Under the pieces are notes generated by a model that was not told where the DNA came from, made no database searches, and worked only from the letters and a program-made list of their open reading frames with translations. Source: Macrostomum lignano (taxonomy: Eukaryota). Taken from it: a stretch of DNA of 38,472 bases. How positions within the stretch are numbered: position 1 is the stretch's first letter; each line of letters begins with the position of its first letter. The translations under genes were made by a program, and so were the position numbers. The DNA lies in NCBI GenBank assembly GCA_002269645.1, contig NIVC01002696.1:85077-123548 (forward strand). The letters are read 5' to 3'. Shown here piece after piece: positions 1 through 10,400 of the stretch.

Positions 1-1
1 T

Positions 2-184
2 TCCGCAGAGGCGCAGGATGCCGACAGTTCGGAGGAGAAGGACAGCATCGAGACGGCCAAGTTCCGGCTGCTGCGGCTGCTCTTCGGAGTCTACCTGGCC
101 GGCATGCTGATCATCTTCCTGACTGGCTGGTCACCATCGTGGTGTTCTGACCGACTGGCTCATGAACCGATGTTTGACAACTAA
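2..184 (+). CDS. Partial C-terminal coding segment of a probable membrane protein (5' end outside window)
   Basis: Open frame from base 2 with GC3-rich codons: SAEAQDADSSEEKDSIETAKFRLLRLLFGVYLAGMLIIFL, an acidic stretch then a hydrophobic helix; stop TAA 182-184. Adding one G near 121 would instead give DWLVTIVVF* (TGA 148-150). Confidence 0.55.
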   Translation, partial: SAEAQDADSSEEKDSIETAKFRLLRLLFGVYLAGMLIIFLTGWSPSWCSDRLAHEPMFDN

Positions 185-552
185 GCATGCATATATGGCT
201 TGAACATACTCGTAATTAAGACAAATTGGTAAACGTAGGCTATTCCATGTCTTGTCCTTAGCTTGATGGCTATAGTTCATTAATGGAATGTTTAAATTAT
301 TCGGAAAATTTTACTGTCACAAAGAAAAACATTTTTTGTAAACCGAAGGCTTTGTGCTCAGTACTGTGTGATTTTATTGGTATTACAAGATTTATAGGCC
401 CGGCCGGCACGAATCAGAATTTAACTGTCATTAACAGCTCCAATGGCCTTTTTAACGATATTGAACCGTGATTACTAATGATTTTTAGACGATTTTTAGA
501 GTCACTTTAGGTCATTTTGCTTATTTTAGCAACAGGTGCTCTGCAATTCGGC

Positions 553-790
553 AATTAGTGCCGTTGGTGTCCAATCCCAGTTGAGCGTCTGAAAGGTTGG
601 GGGGGGGGTTCGATTCCAAACCTACTCGGAAAAGTTTGTGTCCTTTAGAAAGACAACTCTGCATTGCTTCAGTTCACCCCAGCTGTAAAATGGGGTGCCA
701 GGATTAGCGGGGGTAATTGAGGGTGTGTGGCGACCCCCCCCCCCAGTCCTTTGACTGAGAAGCCTTCAGATGCAATCAGTTGTTATCATA
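553..790 (+). mobile_element. tRNA-derived SINE with CORE-like central domain
   Basis: B-box-like GGTTCGATTCC at 607-617, then GTGTCCTTTAGAAAGACA...TGCTTCAGTTCACCCCAGCTGTAAAATGGGG (638-695), which resembles the CORE-SINE central domain as I recall it. Boundaries approximate; no TSD identified. Confidence 0.6.
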
Positions 791-971
791 ACTATCAGCT
801 GCACTGAAGCCACAAGCATTGGATGATACGGTTCTATCAAGTCACGGCAGGCGGGAGTGCCTCGATCGGCACACTTTATGCATCGCTCGTTTTTATTTTT
901 CAACTCGGGGAGTTCATCAATCTGACTTTCACGAGTTCACTTTCTCTTGGTTTGAATTGCTTCACGACTCC

Positions 972-2016
972 TCAAAGCTCATGGCCAACTTGTATGGCGC
1001 CAACTTCATCGGGTCTGGTCGCGAACGCCATGGCCAGTCCCGCTGGCCAGTCGTCAATTGAGTCGGCTATGAAGAATTTCTGATCGTCTGAGAATAAGTA
1101 GCTCTCCGTCAGCAGGGTTGCGATGTACGCGCTGTCCAGGCAAAGGTACGGCTTGAATCTGCATTCCACGGGGGGATCGATGCAGGATTTCTTTGCCACC
1201 GCTGTCAGCTCGGAAAGGGTCACAGGGCCTGGGATCGTGTTGCTGAGGTGACCGAGCTCATTAAGCGACCTCAAAGGGTAGTAGATGCCTCCCCCCGCCA
1301 CGTAACCTCTCTCGGACGCGATGGACACGGGTCGCTGAATCGGACCAACCGAGCGGAGGAACTCTCTGACCCTGGCCTGGCACTCGTACCAGCGCTGGGA
1401 AACCGGGATCGCCGGATCACCGGTGACGTTGATGCTGGGCGAGTTGAAGAAATACGCGCTCTTGAATCTCGGGTTCAGGCAGGGCGATTGCATGGTACTC
1501 AGATTGCAGACTGCCGTTCCTGCAGTAGTCGAGGCATGCCGCGGACTTGAATCCGATTGTGCTGCTCGCAAAGACAGTCGACTTGTTGAAACTTCTCAAA
1601 CTTCCGGCCGAAAAGCGCATGGTGGGAAGAGCGACAGCCACTTACGAGTAAATGGATCCGCCACCACGGCAACGATGCTGTATCGGGGATCATTTACGAC
1701 TTGAAACTCGGTGTCTTTGAGTATTAGGCCTAATAGGCCTCCTGCTCGCCGGGCCTCTGTTGTGAGAACTGCTCACCAGGCCTCTGTCGAGCTGGTACAC
1801 CAATGCCTTGGTGCCTGTGCTGCCCGCATCGAGCACAACCACATACGGGCGCTGGCAGGTGGTGAAGTTCAGACAGGCTGGGGTCGCAACGCTGGCGGCG
1901 CTTGTTTGATCGAATTTTCCTGACAGAATTGCAATACTTCTAGGAGCAAAATGTGCCAGATCATATTGCTGTATGAAACAGTGTTGGTGAGAGAATTCAA
2001 TGATTTGCAACACCAA
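972..2016 (-). pseudogene. GDA1/CD39-family nucleoside diphosphatase/apyrase (NTPDase)-like, frameshifted and internally incomplete
   Basis: ACR1 motif VVVLDAGSTGTKALVY in ORF 1690-2016. ORF 972-1571 has C-terminal family features (SPCL, LCLDSAYIATLL, ACR5-like DWPAGLA). A segment resembling FNxxxLYxxSYLGFGLKAA (SFNKSTVFASSTIGFKSAA) lies in another frame. No ACR2 (ATAG) or ACR3 (GxxEG) found in between. Confidence 0.7.
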
Positions 2017-2176
2017 TGACTCGCTGGAGGCGGTTTGCGGTTTTTATCGAACAGCCGTTTGGATACGCGAATATCGAGTCTCTGGCAGCCTCAATCGATA
2101 CAATTTTAGCAAATCCGGTTTGGAATTTCAGCAGTAAGTCTTTTAGTTGCAACCAACAAGACTCTGAATTATCTAA

Positions 2177-5100
2177 GCATGCAGTGTCTCAGTGTGTGCA
2201 TGCAGTGTCTCAGTGTGTGCATGCAGTGTCTCAGTGTGTGCATGCAGTGTCTCAGTGTGTGCATGCAGTGTCTCAGTGTGTGCATGCAGTGTCTCAGTGT
2301 GTGCATGCAGTGTCTCAGTGTGTGCATGCAGTGCATCAGTGTGTGCATGCAGTGTATCGGTGTGTGCATGCAATGTATCAGTGTGTGCATGCAGTGTCTC
2401 AGTGTGTGCATGCAGTGCATCAGTGTGTGCATGCAGTGTCTCAGTGTGTGCATGTAGTGCATCAGTGTGTGCATGCAGTGTCTCAGTGTGTGCATGCAGT
2501 GTCTCAGTGTGTGCATGCAGTGTCTCAGTGTGTGCATGCAGTGCATCAGTGTGTGCATGCAGTGCATCAGTGTGTGCATGCAGTGTCTCAGTGTGTGCAT
2601 GCAGTGTCTCAGTGTGTGCATGCAGTGTCTCAGTGTGTGCATGCAGTGTCTCAGTGTGTGCATGCAGTGCATCAGTGTGTGCATGCAGTGCATCAGTGTG
2701 TGCATGCAGTGCATCAGTGTGTGCATGCAGTGTCTCAGTGTGTGCATGCAGTGTCTCAGTGTGTGCATGCAGTGTCTCAGTGTGTGCATGCAGTGTCTTA
2801 GTGTGTGCATGCAGTGCATCAGTGTGTGCATGCAGTGCATCAGTGTGTGCATGCAGTGTCTCAGTGTGTGCATGCAGTGCATCAGTGTGTGCATGCAGTG
2901 TATCGGTGTGTGCATGCAATGTATCAGTGTGTGCATGCAGTGTCTCAGTGTGTGCATGCAGTGCATCAGTGTGTGCATGCAGTGTCTCAGTGTGTGCATG
3001 CAGTGCATCAGTGTGTGCATGCAGTGTCTCAGTGTGTGCATGCAGTGTCTCAGTGTGTGCATGCAGTGTCTCAGTGTGTGCATGCAGTGCATCAGTGTGT
3101 GCATGCAGTGCATCAGTGTGTGCATGCAGTGTCTCAGTGTGTGCATGCAGTGTCTCAGTGTGTGCATGCAGTGTCTCAGTGTGTGCATGCAGTGTCTCAG
3201 TGTGTGCATGCAGTGCATCAGTGTGTGCATGCAGTGCATCAGTGTGTGCATGCAGTGCATCAGTGTGTGCATGCAGTGTCTCAGTGTGTGCATGCAGTGT
3301 CTCAGTGTGTGCATGCAGTGTCTCAGTGTGTGCATGCAGTGCATCAGTGTGTGCATGCAGTGCATCAGTGTGTGCATGCAGTGCATCAGTGTGTGCATGC
3401 AGTGCATCAGTGTGTGCATGCAGTGTCTCAGTGTGTGCATGCAGTGTCTCAGTGTGTGCATGCAGTGTCTCAGTGTGTGCATGCAGTGTCTCAGTGTGTG
3501 CATGCAGTGTCTCAGTGTGTGCATGCAGTCTCTCAGTGTGTGCATGCAGTGTCTCAGTGTGTGCATGCAGTGTCTCAGTGTGTGCATGCAGTGCATCAGT
3601 GTGTGCATGCAGTGCATCAGTGTGTGCATGCAGTGCATCAGTGTGTGCATGCAGTGTCTCAGTGTGTGCATGCAGTGTCTCAGTGTGTGCATGCAGTGTC
3701 TCAGTGTGTGCATGCAGTGCATCAGTGTGTGCATGCAGTGCATCAGTGTGTGCATGCAGTGCATCAGTGTGTGCATGCAGTGTCTCAGTGTGTGCATGCA
3801 GTGTCTCAGTGTGTGCATGCAGTGTCTCAGTGTGTGCATGCAGTGTCTCAGTGTGTGCATGCAGTGTCTTAGTGTGTGCATGCAGTGCATCAGTGTGTGC
3901 ATGCAGTGCATCAGTGTGTGCATGCAGTGTCTCAGTGTGTGCATGCAGTGCATCAGTGTGTGCATGCAGTGTATCGGTGTGTGCATGCAATGTATCAGTG
4001 TGTGCATGCAGTGTCTCAGTGTGTGCATGCAGTGCATCAGTGTGTGCATGCAGTGTCTCAGTGTGTGCATGCAGTGTCTCAGTGTGTGCATGCAGTGTCT
4101 CAGTGTGTGCATGCAGTGCATCAGTGTGTGCATGCAGTGCATCAGTGTGTGCATGCAGTGCATCAGTGTGTGCATGCAGTGCATCAGTGTGTGCATGCAG
4201 TGTCTCAGTGTGTGCATGCAGTGTCTCAGTGTGTGCATGCAGTGTCTCAGTGTGTGCATGCAGTGTCTCAGTGTGTGCATGCAGTGCATCAGTGTGTGCA
4301 TGCAGTGCATCAGTGTGTGCATGCAGTGCATCAGTGTGTGCATGCAGTGTCTCAGTGTGTGCATGCAGTGTCTCAGTGTGTGCATGCAGTGTCTCAGTGT
4401 GTGCATGCAGTGCATCAGTGTGTGCATGCAGTGCATCAGTGTGTGCATGCAGTGCATCAGTGTGTGCATGCAGTGCATCAGTGTGTGCATGCAGTGTCTC
4501 AGTGTGTGCATGCAGTGTCTCAGTGTGTGCATGCAGTGTCTCAGTGTGTGCATGCAGTGTCTCAGTGTGTGCATGCAGTGTCTCAGTGTGTGCATGCAGT
4601 GTCTCAGTGTGTGCATGCAGTCTCTCAGTGTGTGCATGCAGTGTCTCAGTGTGTGCATGCAGTGTCTCAGTGTGTGCATGCAGTGCATCAGTGTGTGCAT
4701 GCAGTGCATCAGTGTGTGCATGCAGTGCATCAGTGTGTGCATGCAGTGTCTCAGTGTGTGCATGCAGTGTCTCAGTGTGTGCATGCAGTGTCTCAGTGTG
4801 TGCATGCAGTGCATCAGTGTGTGCATGCAGTGCATCAGTGTGTGCATGCAGTGCATCAGTGTGTGCATGCAGTGTCTCAGTGTGTGCATGCAGTGTCTCA
4901 GTGTGTGCATGCAGTGTCTCAGTGTGTGCATGCAGTGTCTCAGTGTGTGCATGCAGTGCATCAGTGTGTGCATGCAGTGCATGCAGTGCATCAGTGTGTG
5001 CATGCAGTGTCTCAGTGTGTGCATGCAGTGTCTCAGTGTGTGCATGCAGTGTCTCAGTGTGTGCATGCAGTGCATCAGTGTGTGCATGCAGTGCATCAGT

Positions 5101-5724
5101 GTGTGCATGCAGTGCATCAGTGTGTGCATGCAGTGTCTCAGTGTGTGCATGCAGTGTCTCAGTGTGTGCATGCAGTGTCTCAGTGTGTGCATGCAGTGCA
5201 TCAGTGTGTGCATGCAGTGTCTCAGTGTGTGCATGCAGTCTCTCAGTGTGTGCATGCAGTGTCTCAGTGTGTGCATGCAGTGTCTCAGTGTGTGCATGCA
5301 GTGCATCAGTGTGTGCATGCAGTGCATCAGTGTGTGCATGCAGTGCATCAGTGTGTGCATGCAGTGTCTCAGTGTGTGCATGCAGTGCATCAGTGTGTGC
5401 ATGCAGTGTCTCAGTGTGTGCATGCAGTGTCTCAGTGTGTGCATGCAGTGTCTCAGTGTGTGCATGCAGTGCATCAGTGTGTGCATGCAGTGCATCAGTG
5501 TGTGCATGCAGTGCATCAGTGTGTGCATGCAGTGCATCAGTGTGTGCATGCAGTGCATCAGTGTGTGCATGCAGTGCATCAGTGTGTGCATGCAGTGCAT
5601 CAGTGTGTGCATGCAGTGCATCAGTGTGTGCATGCAGTGTCTCAGTGTGTGCATGCAGTGCATCAGTGTGTGCATGCAGTGCATCAGTGTGTGCATGCAG
5701 TGCATCAGTGTGTGCATGCAGTGT
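2177..5724. repeat. 21-bp minisatellite, about 169 units, two main variants with higher-order structure
   Basis: Unit CATGCAGTGTCTCAGTGTGTG or CATGCAGTGCATCAGTGTGTG; 7-aa periodicity in the ORF track; rare marker variants recur at multiples of 21 bp. Confidence 0.98.
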
Positions 5725-6280
5725 TTCTGTACATCTCACACTTGTCCCAGGTTTCCTTATCAGTAAATTTTCAGTGAAGAGATACTTGATGGTGCACGTC
5801 ACGGCAGTTTTTCTACCATAGTTTCTAGCCGCAGAACAAATCTGCAAAAAGTCATTCTAAAAATTTCGCTGGGCCGCTTAAGTGAAACTCGATACCTCTG
5901 CGTGCAGTTCGCAGTTGTAGCGACTCTGTCGAACCGAGCCTACGCGCGGATGCCCTCGAGTCAGCGAAGCCCACCAAAAAACCGCGGATGAGTCATCGCT
6001 GGCTTCAGCCGTGCATGAACAAATTAGCTGACTAATTCTCAGGGGTAGCACTGCGGCTGCAAGTTCGCGACCGTCTCACGTGTCGGATTGCACGGTGCCC
6101 GAGGTTCGTATAAATTGAGCGCATGGCTTGGCGAAACTCGGGTGACAACATTTTGTCTGAAGAAAGCTGAAGAGATATCCTGATTTCCTGCTCTCTCAAT
6201 GCCGCCAGTGGACTCGCTCTTTGGAGACAGCGGAAGGTGCGTGACCCAGATTTTACCTTCTCTATCTTTTCTTCCATCCT

Positions 6281-6336
6281 TCGAGACAAGGACCACTAGA
6301 AGATACAACGGTAACTTCTAGTGGTCCTTGCTTCGA
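6281..6336. other. Inverted repeat / hairpin
   Basis: CAAGGACCACTAGAAG (6287-6302) is the exact reverse complement of CTTCTAGTGGTCCTTG (6315-6330); 12-nt loop; imperfect extension to about 22 bp. Confidence 0.85.
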
Positions 6337-6722
6337 GATTTCTTTTGATTCTAAGCTTACAACTGACCTCTTCTTATAATGAGTCTTCTTTAATTACCAG
6401 CTAATTAACTATAGCTTCGGACTCACAACTGGACATTAGCTTAGGGGTATTGAATGCAGATAATAAAAAGAGGGGTGGGTGAGAACGAGAGGCTAAAGAG
6501 GGACGAGGTGAGGACCAATCAGAGTGAACAGAGGGTGAGAGAGAAAAGGCTGGACTGAATCGCACGAGAGAGTAAACAAGTTCAACTGAAGGGGGGCAGA
6601 AGTCGCTATAATCCTCATCTCCACAGAAATCCCCTATTTCCCAAAATTCATTCATGCGTACATTTAATTTCCAGTAAAGGTTTGTCTTCTCATAACTCAC
6701 ACGCAATCCGAATCTTCTCCAG

Positions 6723-7431
6723 CTCGCAACTCGGCACTGAACGCCAGTTCGGCAGCGTGCTCACCGTGCAGCACCCCGGCCCGCGCCATTTCACCAGCGG
6801 CGCCGGCTTGGGACCGCAGGAGGAGCGGCTGACGCTGGCACTGGGCGGCGGCCTGGCGGCGGCGCTGGCCAGCCTCGCCCTCGCCGTGGCCTGCTGCCGC
6901 CAGTTCAAGCTCAGCGGCCTGGCAGCTGCGCGCCAAGCGAAATGGCGCCGCCATCGGGAGCGCCAGTTTGTCATGCCGGGCCGCCTGCTGCTGCCGGGAG
7001 TTCCGAATTTCGGCTTTGGCTGTCCGAATGTGCCCGGTCTAGGCGCGGCGCCGCCCATAACGGGACTGTGGCGTCAACTTCCGGTGCAGCCTCTGTGCGT
7101 GGTTAACAGCGCTGCCGTCACATCCAGCACTGCCGCAACTGGAACCGGCTTTCAAACAGCGAGCATGTTTGGAACCGGAAGCGGGCTCGAAAGCGGAACC
7201 GTGACCGGAAGTGGAATATTTGTCGAAACTAGAACTGCGACCGCAACCGGAAGAGATGTGGAAATAGGGATTAGGCCGAAAAGCGAGACTGGAAATGATG
7301 CAGTTGCCAGAGTCGCAGTGGATCAAAACGATTGCGTGGACCAGCAGCGCCAGAGGCAGCCCTCGTTCAGGCGGCAGCAGTTCTTGCGCCAGTCTGCCTT
7401 TAGCGTTTCCAGCAGCTCGGCGATTGTCTAG
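6723..7431 (+). CDS. Terminal exon of a single-pass membrane protein (TM helix plus G/S/T-rich cytoplasmic tail)
   Basis: Acceptor TCTTCTCCAG at 6713-6722; open frame to TAG 7429-7431; hydrophobic LTLALGGGLAAALASLALAVACC followed by basic RQAKWRRHRER; GC3-rich codons. Confidence 0.65.
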
Positions 7432-10400
7432 TATATTTACGACGTATTTTTTCCTGTGTTTTTTCGCTTGCTTGCTAAGCTTTTCTCAAATCTGGTATTT
7501 TGCACCCATATGTGCATGTACGAGCGGACTGGCTGAAGAAGCCAGTCAAATGTCCTAAATAATTGTTAAAACATATAACTCGTTGCTATAACTTTAAAAA
7601 AAATTTATTGCACTGCGTGCAAATACATGTACTTATCGAAAATATACTCATTAAAGTATAACAAATTTATTGGTAATTCGATATAATTTACATGTAGTTC
7701 GCTTTTTTCTCAACTAAAAAACGGTATAATGCTGACCATGGGCAACTTGAAAAATCCTGTCATTTAAAAGGTAGCTGATGAAATTCTGACTAGACACTTT
7801 TATCAGCCTAATTGTTATCATAATTTTTTATTTTTTGTGCAAAAACTTCAAAATAGTTTTATAGGCCGGCCTTCATATGTTAGGCCGCGTATTTAGTAAA
7901 ATAATAATAATGGACTCCGGCCTTTGAGAATAATATTAAAGGTCCATGTAATTTTTTTAATGTCTTCGTCATTACTTAGATAATTTGATTTTTTGAAAAA
8001 TAAGTCCGAACCTTAGACTTATATCCTCTGCAATCAATTCTAATTGTTGTATGATTGCGCGATTTCTCGATACCTACCAATAGCGATACAACAAAATGCA
8101 GTTACCGCTCGATCATCTCTCAGTAGTTCTACGAAAATGAAGTGTATGAAAAGGTTCACAAGTACTTGCAGTCAAGTGCGAGTACTTTTATTTTCAACTG
8201 TACGACACGGTCCTTTATACTCTTGTGGTGTACTACCATCATGATGCAAAATCTTATTTAGCGGCCGGGCCGTTCTAGGGTAGCTAGACGTCAAATATGC
8301 AGTATTAAAAATCTTAGAGATATAAACTTAAATACTCGTAATTGCAGTGAGGTTCATGCATGTTCATCATTGAGTTTATACTCTGAACCGATACCTAAGT
8401 AGCAAATTACAACCGCTTAGATATGTAGTGTGTCATGCTAATTTACATGTGTAGCGTATCAATTTCAATAGTGTACATGTAAATCCGACACTTTCCTGGC
8501 AAGAACTTGTGTAAGAAGCTCAAGGATAGTTTGGATAGATTTGCAATAAAAGGAAAGTCAATATCTGTTGGAGTGTATAGACATCCTGACTATAGGCACG
8601 TACTTTCGTGTATGTCATAAAAATTAAATTGTAGAAAATCGCGACGCAATTATTAAACGTACACACAATGCTACGCGGCATTAAAAAAATTTTTTCTGCT
8701 TGTTTTAACAAAATACAATTAATTTTTGTAAAAAAACAGCAGCGTTTTTTAAAAATATCGATTGAACTCATAAATTATATATTTTTATAAAACGTAAGAG
8801 TTTTTATTTACAGATTCCAACAGTTGTGACATTACAATATTGCAAATTATGAATCATCAGTCAGTCTCTAAGAACGGCCTGCACAGGCCGCTCCAGGGCA
8901 TGAATTACGTAAGTTGGTTGGCGTTAGCTATGCAAAGTAATGCAGTGAGCTTTACTATTTTTGTCTTTATAAATCGCAATTAGCTATTTTGTACCCCATA
9001 TTCTGCTTCAGGGAGATAATATGTACGCATAAAAATACAACCTATCGATCATTTTACAAGGACTACTAGACTTGAAGGACGCAACACTTGCAAATCGTGC
9101 AAAAATAGTTGAAGGCCGATTATTAAAATGTCTGTATCTCCGAATCGGTTGCATGTAGAAGGTTAATTTTTTCGACAGATTGTTCGGATTTTTGTCCCCT
9201 ACCAAGTAAGTCAGTTAGTTTAGCTTCCCACTATTTGTAGATGCAAGAAAATCCTGTACAATGGAGACACCCTATTTTTAGGCGTATGGTAGCGATTCAA
9301 ATCTTCAAGTTTAGGAAGCAAAATTAATAAAGTAGCCGAAAATCTTGAGCGCATTTTTTGTGAATACGCTCTTAGTTTCATTAGTGACGTTTCTGAAAAT
9401 ATATTGGGGTCTGGAGATCATATACAGAACCCGCATACTTTGGTCTACTATATCCTTTAAAATCTTTCTTACAAGATGGCTAGTCAGAAAAAATGAGTGA
9501 GAAGAAAAAGCAAAACATCACAAAGCAGACCCTGTTTTAACATTCTTCTATTCTCTATAATCTTGTAAATTGAAGTGGCTTGCGAGTGGCAGTAGAATTT
9601 AGCAAACAAGCAGACTTGTCAAGTTTATTTGCTTTTAGCTCAAATTATAAATAGCAGTCTGTCTGGCACAAAATTGACGAGGTATGATAAACTATATTGA
9701 GGAAATTTTATTGTTGGTCCAGCAGTGTTGCAAAGTGATATAACAGTACTGAGCAAACAAAATGAAATAATAAATAACAAACAAGCAAATGCATCAAAAT
9801 TCTTTTAACAAATTTAGCATAGTAAAAGAATGATTCATAAGCAGTGTTGGGATCATGTGTACAAATGTTACATGTATATGCTGACAAATCCTATCACTCT
9901 AAACATCAAAATCAAGTTTAGGATGTATTAGAATTAGCTGGTCTGTCATCTCAGTCACCTGTGAAAGCTGCAGGACCTCACCTGGGCATCTTACTTCTAG
10001 ATATCCAAGAGCATCACAGGAGCATGAACAGAAGTGTGCACCTGGGCCTCAAGTTGTAATTAAATTCCATCCTAGCCAGATATTACCAGTAGTATAGTTG
10101 CTTGTATATCTTGGCAAACAAAACTTCATTGGCCTAACAACTGGTCTGCAATGAAATAAAGTTAAAAATGAAAAAATGAACTGTAGGCCTATGAATAATA
10201 CTGACTTGAGCTTTATCATTCCCTACATATAATAAAAATATTGTATAATAGGCCCTAATAATTTTAGACAAGTACTACTAAACTACTCCACCTTTATTAT
10301 AAAATTTTAACTTAATTTGTTAAAATAGTTTGCTGATAAACATTTTTAAGATATCAAAAAGTGATTATTAAAAAGTTAAAAATATATATGACTGCTATCA

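Noticed and set aside
972-990. NTPDase C-terminus GHEL as an ER-retrieval signal
   Set aside because: Not a canonical KDEL/HDEL variant and the gene looks degenerate.
2016-5847. 1000-1200-aa ORFs (HAHTETL, CACSVSV, MQCLSVC repeats)
   Set aside because: Five of six frames are open simply because the 21-bp unit lacks stops; no unique coding flanks or domain evidence.
6287-6299. Similarity of AGGACCACTAG to the 3' end of vertebrate miR-203
   Set aside because: The match excludes the seed and the family is vertebrate; treated as coincidence.
7075-7256. Cluster of ETS-like CCGGAAG motifs
   Set aside because: Explained by in-frame ACC-GGA-AGY (Thr-Gly-Ser/Arg) codons in the low-complexity tail; no independent promoter evidence.
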